From NCBI RefSeq assembly GCF_964355755.1, contig NC_092679.1, positions 11,019,432 through 11,083,431 on the forward strand: 64,000 nucleotides of DNA. The letters run 5' to 3'. Positions within the stretch are counted from its first letter, which is position 1, and every line of letters starts with the position of its first letter. Below, in pieces: positions 12,876 to 25,239 of this stretch. Both the position numbers and the translations under genes were made by a program. The stretch comes from Antedon mediterranea (lineage: Eukaryota > Animalia > Echinodermata). Below the pieces are notes generated by a model. It was not told where the DNA came from. It saw only the letters and a list, made by a program, of their open reading frames with translations, and did no database searches.

Positions 12876-15125
12876 TTACTGGTACTGATTCCACTGCTGA
12901 CTGGGCCCAGGACCATACTGCATTTGTTGCTGCTGGCGGAATTGGTGATGGGCTCCTTGGTTTTGTGATTGTACTGTTTGGCTAAGTATCGCTAAAAATT
13001 GTTTCTGAAAATCCATATTTTGTTGTCGTTCTTCTCTCCTTTCGATCATTTGTTTTTCTATCAGTGAGACAACCTTATCCATCTTATTATCCATATTTTG
13101 CTGTACACGCTTCAATTCAACTTCTTGTCTTTCGTCAATAGTCCTCCACCTTTTAAAATTGTACTCTTGTAGTTCCTTGAGGCTTTTGGTGACCGCGTCA
13201 ACTGTTCTGTCTTTCTTTGTTCTTGTTGATGTATCCTCATTTGCAGTTCCTATTTAAACAATTCAAAATGATAGATTTATATGAAAAAAAAAGTGTACCA
13301 CAGAATCATCATTATTTGCAAATTTAGAAAAATGCTTACTGTTAAGTCTGCGTCTTTTGATCTGTACCGGAGTCTCGTGTATTGCATCATCCTCCTCATC
13401 CAATGCAGGTTGTGGGTTATGTGCAGTAGCAATTGGCTGACTAACTGCAGATGTCGCTGTAAAAAAAAAGTATTAGTTGTTTTACTGGCACTAGCACTGA
13501 CAGTGCTAGTGCCAGTTTACAGTTGGGATCTGCAGGTATTCATAGTGAGAAAACATGTATTAGTTAAAGCTACACTTACTGGATTGTTCAGAGTGATTTG
13601 ACTCTGTATCGACTGGTGAATTGTCAGTAGACGATTCTCTTTGAGGGGGACTGTCTTCATACTCATTTTCCCATCCTAAAAAAAAAAATGTTTATAAGAG
13701 AGATTGATCCAATCAGTGTGAATTTAGTGGAGGGCTGTCGGGTTGATATTTTAAAAATTCTTAAATCTTACCATAAATCTTTCCCCTTTTCCGAGGCCTA
13801 GCAAACATAGAGTCCCTATAACCTGAAATGCCATCATCAGAATCATCTCGCCATAGACATTCTGTACGGAATAAAACAATGTAAAAAAAAATTAAAATAT
13901 TTGAATAGTTAACTTTGTCAGAGTTAGGGCCAAGACATGAATGATCAATTTTAATTATACAGCCAAGTTACCTTCAGCATAATCGTCCACACACTGCTTG
14001 CATGTAACCGCTGCTCCAAAGCCTTCTTCATGCTGTTCACCAGCACATGGTGGGATACCATGTGTGGGTTTTCCACACACTTTACATGTATGACTACCAC
14101 ACTCTTTACCACATACCCCACACAATGGAAAACCTGAGTGAAGAAAAAAAACATTAATGTGTGTAATTAGTTGTAGCTTATTTGGTTTACAGATTGAAAA
14201 GCATTCTGTAGTATTGGAGCTAAAACTGAACAAAGCGAGCGAACTTTAGTTTTTGCTGCAATATCATCATTTATTAATATTAAGTAGTACAAGATCTTTT
14301 GATTAAGTTCCAAGGGTCAACATAAATAACTGCTAGGCTTAGGCCCTGGTACTTTAAATTCAAGATGCCGTTTTTGTGTTGTCCATCATTTCAAGTAGTA
14401 TGTTTAGGCCTATTACAACAAAAGGTTGGAATACCTGCTGGCCAGGCTTAGGCTGAAGTGAATGTAAAAATACTAGCCTAGGCCTTCTTTGATAGGCGAC
14501 AGACGTTATTTAGGCCTAGTTAGGCCCTCTTTATTTATATAGCTAGGCCTTTTGCCTACTAGACAACATTTAGATTTTTAGAATAGCTTACCTTCTGGTC
14601 TTGTTGCCTGGGTTGTCATTTGCCTTGGATTGATAGGTACCACTTTCTTGACATTCTCGATATGTTTAGCAATAGAAGTAGTAGACCTACTAGGGTTAGT
14701 TGGAATGTTAACAAGCCTAGGCCGTCCTACTAGGCATTCGATTGTCCTAGCAATCCGGCGGGTGGGTTTACACTTGGTTTTCCGCCAAGTATCTCGTTTA
14801 AGGCATGGTAGTGCGGACTTGATGACTTTGGATCATCACGTTTGATGTTCGTTGTACCTTTGCCTGTACCTCGAATAACTATATCTCTAACAGCCTTGTG
14901 TTCTGCTCTCAAATTTTTGAATTTCGTGATGACTACACCCGCCGTTATCCCGGTGTGTCCTAGATCTCTCATTCGTTGAGCTATCTGTTCGTGAAGCTTA
15001 GCCTTCTGTCTGAATAGCTTATCCTCCACTTTTTCGGCAATTTCAGGTTCTTTCCAAATATCTATCAAGTCTCTCTCTTGATCAAAAGTCCAGAGGTGTC
15101 TCTTCTGTTTGGGCTTTTCCGACAT
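12876..15125 (-). CDS. Harbinger Myb/SANT (trihelix) accessory protein, 6 exons, with a Cys/His finger exon and a C-terminal coiled coil; one apparent frameshift near 14730
   Basis: Exon 1 has WTFDQERDLIDIW...KFKNLRAEHK. Approximate exons are 15125-14592, 14133-13972, 13861-13772, 13676-13580, 13456-13340 and 13249-12876. All introns are GT-AG, phase 1, and read open when spliced. Confidence 0.8.
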
Positions 15126-15417
15126 TACGATCAAATGTTAAATATAAAATACTAAAATAGATTAAATAAGACGTACGAGCACGAGTGGTGGATCAAATGA
15201 AATGCAAGCGTCGGCGTGAGAGAGAAAAAAAACCCCGCGAAAAACGGTCAAAGGTTAAAAATTCCTTCAATCCTATTGGTCGGTTGCTGACGGCTGGACT
15301 TCCTGCTGCGTTGTTTATTTACTCAAGCCTCGTAAAATAACTCGCTATCCTTGGATTTACTAGTAAATCCAAGCGACGGAAATCGTCGAGATAAAACCTT
15401 CTTCTCGACGTAATTGA

Positions 15418-15500
15418 GCGTTCACATCCAAACTTATGGCGACATCGTCTGGATTATCTATTTAAATTATCTCGCCATAGTTCGATGTGAACGCCACTAA
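15418..15500. mobile_element. Harbinger right terminus with internal hairpin and TAA target
   Basis: gcgttcacatc..actatggcga pairs with tcgccatagttcgatgtgaacgc. The element ends ...gaacgccac at 15497, followed by TAA. Confidence 0.6.
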
Positions 15501-16670
15501 TGTAATCATAGAGCTATACATTTTATATCTCCATGCTGTAGTTATGCATAACAAAATATCATTTCAATCATTTAGGAATTACACACTATTGCTTTTGTTG
15601 ATTTGATTTATGACAGGAATGTTGCGAAAAGCTGCAGAAATGAGAGAGGACGAAAGTATTTTAAAAGACATTCGAGGCAAAAGCTGTTCTTGTATTGAAG
15701 TGCGATATCATGACCAATGTTACAAAAACTACACCAAAATAGTTGTTAATTCACGTAAACGACATGATTCTGGAAAGTGAGTAAAACGTAACTTTCTAAA
15801 ACTCTGTTGGTTTTTGTAATTTACATTTTTAATTTTTTTTTATTTGCTTCAGTCTACTCTAAATGTTCAATTTTTAAACACCAAAATCTATAAAATATTA
15901 AAATATATTTTAATAATATTTATTATTATTTACAGGGAATTGGAAAGTGTTTTTTTAATATTATAAGCAAAGCTATAAGGTATTTTGCAGAGATGTAATT
16001 GATAAACGGTTACAGTATGGACAGGAGATACTAAGACTGGCAAAACTCCAAAAGCTTTTCATCAAATCAATTGAAAAAACAGAAAATGTTAACTTGTCAA
16101 CTATAAGGTAGGCTGTCGACCACTTCTTAAAAATGATTGTAATATTTTTTAGATCCAGTTACTGTCATAATAATTTCTTCATTGTATCTGTGTTACAATT
16201 AATTATAATCAATTAATGCGTTATTTATAGATCAGACGTGTTGAAGAAGAAGCTCAGGATGGATTATCCTAAACCTAATTTTTCATTCACCCACAAGAAG
16301 GTTAGTTGCTTAGTGTGTTTATATTAAATGATTATTTCACCAGGGATAATTAAAAAAAAAAAATCTTTTTGTGATTGGTCAAACTAAATATTTTATTTAT
16401 TTTTTCTTAATTAGAAATGAATCAGTTCTGGTGTACTTTAGCAATGTATCCCCTGGATTTGTGGCTGATCCATTTTTGTCATCAGGAAAAAGTACAACAG
16501 ATGAATCATCAGAGTATGACATAGATATTCCAACTGCTTCTACAACACACAAAATCTCCACTGATGGTGACAATGGAGACAAACTAAGGACTCTATATTT
16601 TGCAGGTACGGTTAAAATACAATAACTTGTGTATATTGGTTTATTTTTAAATAACAACAATAAATGTTAA

Positions 16671-17275
16671 AGACCCCTTCCCTGCAATTTTGGACGTTTT
16701 TTGGAAAATAATACATAATCACTTTAAAAACATTAAACCATGTCATTCCTTGTCTTAAATGTACGTTTTATGGTAAATTATGATAAAAAGTGAGAAACAA
16801 TGCACTACCTAAGTAGCTCGCGGCGATCGACGGTCTTAGGCCTAGCCTAGCTAGGCTTAGTTTTGTAAGCCTAGCTGGTAAACATCGATAACGTACGAAC
16901 ATCGTACGCTAGCTATATACCTAGCCTGACGTTGTGTAGTTGCTGCATTAATTGTCTTTCTATTTTGCCAGACTCCGTTGATACAAATTGGGGAAAACCC
17001 GGTATTTTCGCTGAAAAGTTAGGAGTCTTCCATTTGTTTTGGCTTCACGATCGATCGAAAAGTGGGCGAATTACAGGTGAAAAACAAAAATATCAATCCG
17101 CGCGCAATGCATTTTGGGATTTATAGCGGGCCGTTATTAGAATCGATTTATTTTTCACATTTTTAACCGTTTAAAGATGAAAAAAGTTATCGCAATAGGA
17201 CCATATAGTATTATTTTTACATTAAATATAGTTTGTGATCTTAAATTAGATCTAAAAAACGTAGGGAATGGGGCT
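16671..17275. mobile_element. Kolobok-like MITE
   Basis: TTAA on both sides. TIR agaccccttccctgc / gtagggaatggggct with an AG terminus. Confidence 0.75.
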
Positions 17276-20005
17276 TTAAATTGCATAATTAAGGAAATGC
17301 TGTGGATCAAAGAGGTGAAAGCTGTATACACTCAAAAAACAAAACTGTTATGATAGTAAGTGATGTAAAGTGGTGTCGATCATAAATGCTGTACACAATA
17401 CAGTATATATGCTTTAAATTTATTATTACTATGTTTCATTCACCCAATGCTATAAAATGTACTTTCAGGTACGATAGTAAATAATGCCATCAAATCCAAC
17501 AAAGGTATGCAGAGTGAATGGCCTCCAAGAGCAGCGGACATTAATGATGTTGACATATCTGAAATTGTGCCATATGAGTTGTTTAATCTAATTGCAAAGT
17601 GTGTTGGTGCTGCAGAAGATACTACTGAAGAAACTCGAATGAAAATGTTATCGATATGCCACGACATCCTGTACCTTGCTTGGAAAGGAAGAAGGCAGAC
17701 TTCGAAGTCACTTGCTCTAGGATTAACTGTTCGACATTTGACGGGGTCATCACATCTTCTTAATATATTAAGTAAGTTTGGACATTGTCCTTCACTGGAC
17801 AAAGTGGTTTCATATGAAACTAGTTTGGCATTATACAGAATGGCAACCATGTATAATGTCCCTGATGGTTTTACTCCTGGCAAGTTGATTATTTTAGTCT
17901 GGGATTTTAATGAAGAAACTATGAGTGGTAAAGTAACAACTCATCACACTAATGGCATTATGCTACAGAAGATGGGTGATCAGAAATCAAAAAGAGTACT
18001 TGACAAACCTGTAGTAAAGAAAGGTATTTGTTCACTACCTTACGTTGAAGTCCAGTTGAATGAGTATCACCGTGTACAACGTGTAGGTCCAGGATGTCAA
18101 GTTGATACCAGTTCAACCAGTGAACATCTTCAGCTAATGATACAGCAAAATTAAAAGATTTTTCTTTTGTGATTGCAAGATTGTACTGCCAATCTGAAGT
18201 TCCAGGGGGTGGACTGGTTTTAACATCTCAACAAGCAACTACTCTATTCAGAAAACAGCAATCCATTACCTACCAGCAATAGAATCTTCACCTACAGATC
18301 TAACAACTGTAAACACAATAATATACCAAAGTCTCGACATTGCATTACAGAAGCTTGTGTTGGTTTTTGACCAAGCCATATATGCTAAGATCCAAGAAAT
18401 TAGGTGGTCGAACGACCAATTGAAACAAAGAATAGTGGTTCGTCTTGGCATGTTCCATACCTGTACAAGTTTCATAGCAATTATTGGGAAACGGTTTGCT
18501 GATGCAGGATTGAGGGGACATCATGATTGAGTCTGGTCTTGTTGCAGGGGGTTCTATGAATGGTTTAATCTCTGGAAAGCATTATAACCGGTCAATTCAT
18601 GCATATAAAGTAATGTATGAGGCATTTGAACAATTACGATTTGCTGAATTTCTAGAATCACTAGCAGAAGCAGATGTAAACATGATGAAGGAAAAGGTGA
18701 CAAATGCAGTTTGGAAAAGAATGGAACCATCAATGGTTGAAGAGATATATCTTCAATATGCAGAATTTGTACGTAATAGTAAAGATCCCACTTTCCAATA
18801 TTGGAGCTCCTTCTTGGAAATGATTTCATTATTAATGACGCTGATTCGTGCAACACGACAATCGGATTGGGAACTGCACCTGGCCATCATAAGATTGATG
18901 ATCCCATGGTATTTCGCATATGATCGGACAAATTATTCACGGTACTTACCAGCATATTGGGCAGAAATGATGGAGTTGCCAACTACGCACCCAGAGGTTT
19001 ACGACGATCTAAGTAAACGATGCTCATGGACCGTCCAGAGGCAGGACAGACACGCGTTTGCATCTATTGCTTGTGATCAAACGATAGAAGAAACCCTAAA
19101 CCGGGACTGCAAAATTGAAGGTGGCATCCATCGTTTCACACTTAACCGGTCAGCTGTTAAGAGATGGATACTTGCACAGCCAGAAAGAGCAGAGATTGCA
19201 CGATCGTGTGAAAACATGTGTAACTTGCACAAAGAACCAAGAAGCCCAAAAGAGCTAGACATTTCACGCACTAAGAAGGTAACCAAACTTGTTGAAGCAG
19301 TTGTAGCAACAACCTGTAGCATGATTAATCCTTTTTCATCAACATCAGATGAATTAGAAAACATCAGTTCTGGCTCTGTGGCTACAGAGCTGGTACAAAA
19401 AGACATCAGTAAAGCCTATGAAGTAGAAGAAAAACAAGCATCTGAGTATTTGAAATCAAAGATGGGCTCGGATTCCGGAATGTATAGCACCATAAAGCAT
19501 AATCGACTTAGGACATTAAAAAATAACTTTGAAAAAAAGGTCAAGGCTGGTTCAATGACCACTGACAATAAATCGCTGTATTCCCGCTTGCTTGTCGTTG
19601 GGCAAAGTAGAGAGGTAGATTTGAAAGAAGTCCTGACATACTGCTTAGGCAATATTCCTTTTTCTTAATGAAACTTCTTGAAGAAAAAGCCAATGATGTA
19701 CCGGACTTGTATGTCTCAAAGATTCCTGTTAAAGGGACACTTCTCATTGACGGAATGGCACTTCTACAAACACTAAACAATATACCTGAGACTTTCCAGC
19801 AATTGGCAAATGATGTGTTGAGAAAACTGATAGCGCTTGCCTCTTTCCACAAATGTAACAGGATTGACTTTGTTTGCGACACCTATCCAGAAGTAAGTGT
19901 AAAAAACCTTGAACGTTCTCGGAGAGCTGGCAAAGGAACCGAAATCATCAAAATTTATGGTAAAGATCAGAAAACACCAAGTCAATTCAAAAAGTACCTG
20001 GCAAG

Positions 20006-20995
20006 CAGGGCTGAAAATTAACGGTTGCCCGGTCGCCAATGGCGACCTTTATTTGGTAAGGGCGAGTATTAATTTTGTGATGGTCGACCCGTCTGGCGAC
20101 TTCCAGAAACTGCATCCACCTACCTTTTATAACCAATCTAGGCCTAGGCTAATAATATATAAGCTAAGTTATAAAGCTTATACAAGCCTAATGGCAGTCC
20201 CTCGCAGTGGTGGCGCCACCGGGGGGGGGGGGGGGGGGATTGGGGGGGGGGATTGGGGGGGGGGGGGGGCTACGGGGGCTCTAGCCCCCTCGTCGGGGAG
20301 CCTAGCCCCCCCGTCGGGGAACACGGGTACTTTTTGTCGGGGAATATAATATACAGTAAAAAACGTTCGCGTTCACTTCATACAGCTTCAGCGCCTAGAA
20401 AACCACGACGTTCCATTGACCGTGAGAGTACGTCAGAGGGCTATTATGCACTTTTATGCATTCATTATTGCCAGCGATCTAACTTACTACTAAACATTAG
20501 CTAGGTACGCACTTGTCTGGCGGTATCCCTTTGTACGAATCGTTCGACGTTGGGTTGAGACGCGTGATATCAAGTTCCATCCAGGGACCAAAATGTGTAA
20601 TGTAGTTATTTTCCAGGCGAAGTTTATCGACGGTTACCGAAGGGAACACGGGTACTTTTTGTCGGGGAATATAATATACAGTAAAAAGCGTTCGCGTTCA
20701 CTTCGTAGCTAGCTTCAGCGCCTAGAAAACCGCGACGTTTCATTGACCGTGAGAGTATGTCAGAGTGATATTATGCACTTTATATGCATTCATTATTGCC
20801 AGCGATCTAACTTACTACTAAACAATAGCTAGGTACGCACTTGTCTGGCGGTATCCCTTTGTACGAATCGTTCAACGTTGAGTTGGCGAAGTTTACTGAC
20901 GGTTACGTCGTGTACTGTGTCGACGTACGCTACACTACAGCAAAAACGAATTAAGTTAGTTGTTCGTATGTTCACCAATTTTTTAATTTACAAGT
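20006..20995. mobile_element. Composite hAT-like MITE insertion within the Academ XPG domain
   Basis: Starts cagggctgaaaattaacgg and contains a nested cagtggtggcgccacc+poly-G start. A ~240-bp segment is duplicated (20318-20575 / 20642-20880). Academ coding resumes at ~21000. Confidence 0.55.
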
Positions 20996-21769
20996 AACCT
21001 TCATTAGGTCCTGAGGTATGCAGATGTCTTATCAGTTTACATGTTTTTACTGGGTGTGACTCCACCAGTGCCTTTTATGGAAAGGGAAAGAAAAAGGCAT
21101 TTGAATTAGCAATCACTGATGAGAAATATTTGAAGGCATTTGCGGAACTTGGAGATGAATATAGTGTACCTGATAATGTATTGCCAGTACTAGAAGAATT
21201 TGTTTGTCAATTATATGGCCAGAAGTGTGACCAAGTAAATGTTGCACGATACAAAGCATTTTGTTCAACTATTTCCGAGAAAAGTCTGCCCCCATGCAAC
21301 ATGTTAAAAGAGTAGCATTTCAATCAGCTGTAAACAAAAAAGCTTTAGTTTCTATAACACATACTCCATCTCCTAACAACTATGGTTGGACAGTTGAGGA
21401 CAAGAAAATTTATGCCAAATGGATGACGCAGTCTCCTGCCCCAAAGAGTCTAATGGAAGTTATCAGATGTGGCTGCAAGGTGGGGAAATGTAAACAAAGG
21501 AGGTGTATGTTCATGTAATAAAAACAAGTTGCGGTGTTCTGATCTGTGCAAGTGCAGTGAGTGTGAAAACAGGACAAGAGAAGAAGAAGAAGAAAAAGAA
21601 GAAGACACACCAGACTATGGCATTGAAGATGATGAATTAGACTATGATGAATTAGACTATGAGGAAGATGAATATGAAATATAGTTTATACGGTTTTGAA
21701 TGCAACAAAATCATCATAAAAAGTAACTGTAATGTAATAGGCCTACACTATAACCAATGTGAAACACTA

Positions 21770-22465
21770 ACCATGGTTATGCAAACAGAAACTGTGATCA
21801 TGTGAATAAAGAAAAAGATAAAAAAAAAATGAAAACAAAATGGAAACCATGAGAATATAAATAAATAATATAACCATGAGAATATAAATAAATAATGTAA
21901 CCATGAGAATATAATAAAAACTGTAACCATGAGAATATAATAATAAAAACTGTAACCATGAGAATATAATAAAAACTGTAACCATGAGAATATAATAAAA
22001 ACTGTAACCATGCATAATATAATAAAAACTGTAACTATGTAACCATGAGAATATAATAAAAACTGTAACCATGAGAATATAATAATAAAAACTGTAACCA
22101 TGAGAATATAATAAAAACTGTAACCATGCATAATATAATAAAAACTGTAACTATGTAACCATGAGAATATAATAAAAACTGTAACCATGAGAATATAATA
22201 AAAACTGTAACCATGAGAATATAATAAAAACTGTAACCATGAGAATATAATAAAAACTGTAACCATGCATAATATAATAAAAACTGTAACTATGTAACCA
22301 TGAGAATATAATAAAAACTGTAACCATGAGAATATAATAAAAACTGTAACCATGAGAATATAAAGAAAAATAGTAACTATGAGAATATAAAGACATTGTG
22401 TAACCATTAAAAGAAGTTGTGTAACCATGAGAATATAAAGAAAAATATTAACCATGAGAATAAAT
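21770..22465. repeat. Minisatellite, ~26-bp unit AACCATGAGAATATAATAAAAACTGT
   Basis: More than 20 directly visible tandem units with recurring variants (+AAT, GCAT+AACTATGT). Confidence 0.95.
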
Positions 22466-23661
22466 ACAATTACATAGAAACAAAACAAATATTTTATGTT
22501 TGTATTTTATTTAATAATTTAAATTTACTATTGCATTGGTGTTTATTACTAGGAATATGTGTTCTATATGTTTCACAGTTAAATCATATCACTGATCAGT
22601 CACTATGTACATCCTACGGTATAAACTTCGCATTGCTGCTGTATTTCTACTGCTATTAATAGCCTACCTGTCGGGAGAAACCATTATACGAACAGTTGAA
22701 GCCATTTGTAATTATTAAATGTTTTAATGTCGGGGGATAATTATTAACTCTAAATTTCCTTTTTAGAGTTATAAATTTGTATTCACCAAATTTATTTAAA
22801 AAAATAAAGAATAAATCTATTTTGATAATAAATAACTTGCCTATATATTTCTTATAAACCGTGATAATAATAGTACAGTCTAGTTATAGTGCGCCACCAG
22901 TTGTTTCAGCCTCGCTAATTCGTAAAAAATCGTTGGCATATTTACCAACTTTAACGGTAATTTTCTACCAAACGCCAGGTATTTTTTTGTGGAACTTTTA
23001 CTTTTTGTACTATTAGTATTTATTTAGAACAGTATATGTAGTAAAAAAGTATTATGCTTGATGAGGAACGGGATTGCTTTTCCAGGTATCATTTCAGCTT
23101 CGCCGTAAGGCCTATTAAAGTAATATATATGTTAGCTTGTGTAATATCTGAAGATAATTTTGTTAGTGATTTGCCTATAGGCCTTCTGTGAAACTGAACA
23201 TATTTTTCAGAATTTGAAGACTACCGCTAGTACCAATCTTGCCGTTGCGGATGATGGACGATGTGAGTACATAAGATTTAATTTGTAATAATTTGATGTC
23301 TCTTCTTTATATAAAGAACTTAGTCAGAGTAGTAGGGCAAGCTGACCATTAATTATACCATATTCTATATTAACTTATTTGTAGTGGCTGATCATATGTC
23401 TGGAGAAAGCAGGCCTGCGGCGAAATCGCCATCATCATCATGTCCTCCTCCTTTCCAAGAGGATTCTGATACTAGTGGTAGGTTTTGAAAATAATTGTTT
23501 AGCCGTGAATTTGGTGTGTTATTGATTGGAAACAATTTACACATGTGACCTACAAGGATTTTATAAATACTTTTTAAAAACATTCCTCATGTGTACGTCG
23601 TTGTAAAGTTCTTGGAATATAAAAACACATCATTAACTATTATTTTTTTGTTTATAACAAG

Positions 23662-23880
23662 AATTTACATACCTGGGCAAGGCCAGATTTGGGGTCAGTG
23701 TCAGCAGGGAGAGTCTGACACTGGCTGAAATGTCGGCAACCACAATAATGAAATTGGCCCTAAATCTGCTGGAACTGGTCGTTTGCAAGGAAGAGTGCGC
23801 AACTTTATATAAGTATAGATGGGTTTGGCCGGGATAAGGTGGCGATGGCCGAGGTTAAGAGATGGGCACTTAGATGCGAG
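23662..23880 (+). pseudogene. BEN-domain-like exon remnant (probable transposon accessory gene)
   Basis: Manual translation gives ATTIMKLALNLLELVVCKEECATL / SIDGFGRDKVAMAEVKRWALR with one frameshift, which resembles the BEN pattern. Small upstream GT-AG exons lie at ~23210-23490. Confidence 0.5.
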
Positions 23881-24224
23881 TAAATTAACAGTATCGTTGG
23901 TTACGAAAGCAGCAATCCCCTTTCAAGCCTTTATGTTTTTAATGTTTCTTTAAAACAACTCGTTTGTTACAGCACTATATAGGCCTACTGTATCATTGTA
24001 ATGCATCTTATGCATGGACAATAATTAAACACTGTAAATAAAAACACAACACAACATTCTATGATTTGTGTATTGTATTGAGCAAAGGGAGCATGTGTGG
24101 ACCGAAATTGTCCAAAAAACTAAATGATAAATAAGAGCAATAAAAAATAATAAATATACTGTCTAAGTATTGATAACGAGATGTATTGTGATTAAAAAAT
24201 ATGTCGACTTCTGAATTTTTATCA

Positions 24225-24455
24225 AAGCGAGAATCTCCAATAAAAAACGATCGAGATTCTCCAGTGGGATCCCGACATTTTTTTAAGCAAATCCCGGTGG
24301 GATCCCGCCGGAAATCCCGATCGATTTTTTTAAAATGAGGAAGGTATTTTACGCAAATTGTAAAAATCCCACCGGAAATCCTGATCGTTCTTTTTAAATC
24401 CAAGTGGATTTTACGCAAATCCCACTGGGAATCCTGATCGTTTTTTTACCCAAGA
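24225..24455. repeat. EnSpm/CACTA-like subterminal repeat cluster (GGGATCCC/AAATCCC)
   Basis: Multiple atccc..tgggatcccg motifs, similar in style to the termini of the 41322-43842 element. Confidence 0.5.
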
Positions 24456-25239
24456 ATAGTTTTAAAACTACTATTTGATTAAATCTGCAGCCATATGATA
24501 CCTTATTTTCTAACAATTCTATATTATTCTTTTAAAACAAAAATCATATTGTTCAGACAACTATTGGCTGAAAAATTTTATTTTTTCATTAACACATCTC
24601 TAAACAGTTCGTACATTTATTTATACGTCATTGAAAATTGTGTGCTGTTTTTTAATTGATCGATCAATGTTGTTTCATTATTCATTCATATTAACTTTTC
24701 CTATGCTATTGTTTTAAATACACATTTAGTTATACTACTGTATTACACTAATTAAAGTATTTACTGTATTGCTACGCTAAATAATAAACTACTGTATTTT
24801 TATTTAAGGTAAATTTTAAACTTCTACACTAGCCTATACAAATGTGCAGTGAATATAGTGCATGTACCGTCAGTGTTTGAAAATTTGTTCCAGTATTATG
24901 GCACAGCTCCATGTGCTACATATTGTGATTTAATAACTCAAATAAAATTTGATTTTTCCTGCAGTCGAACTATATATTTCAGTGGCACCTTAGATTTGGA
25001 ACAAAAAAAAAATTGCAAAACTTAAATAATAATTTCTTTTTTTTATTCATTAGATTCTAATAAAAGTGAATCGAAAGTAGAAATAAGTAATAAGTAATTT
25101 CAGAGACTGATGATGTTCAAGAATCTGATTGTAGTTCGTCAGATAGTTTTTCAAATGATGAATCAGTTGGCAGGAAACAGGTGAAAAAGACAAATGTTTA
25201 CAGATGCGATGGGAATGATATAGAAAACTAGAAAGCGAC

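Larger units (their letters stand above)
15617..21684 (+). pseudogene. Degenerate AcademX-type transposase gene (DDE transposase + XPG/FEN1-like nuclease + Cys-rich finger)
   Basis: N-terminal EVRYHDQCY; VWD..EETMSGK.TTH; VFDQAIYAK; RLGMFH; NYSRYL; DQTIEETLNR. XPG-like LIDGMALLQ, CDTYPEVSVKNLERSRR and HVFTGCDSTSAFYGKGK (~21040). C-terminal CGCK..C...CSC.KNKLRCSDLCKC. Frameshifted and interrupted. Confidence 0.75.

Noticed and set aside
18554-20039. Antisense ORFs over the Academ gene (likewise over Copia and Gypsy)
   Set aside because: Shadow frames of real plus-strand coding sequence.
19909-20504. Gly-rich ORFs
   Set aside because: They arise from poly-G tracts in a MITE.
21748-22488. 246-aa hydrophobic minus-strand ORF / CRISPR-like periodicity
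   Set aside because: It is a translation of a 26-bp minisatellite. There are no unique spacers or cas genes, and the context is eukaryotic.
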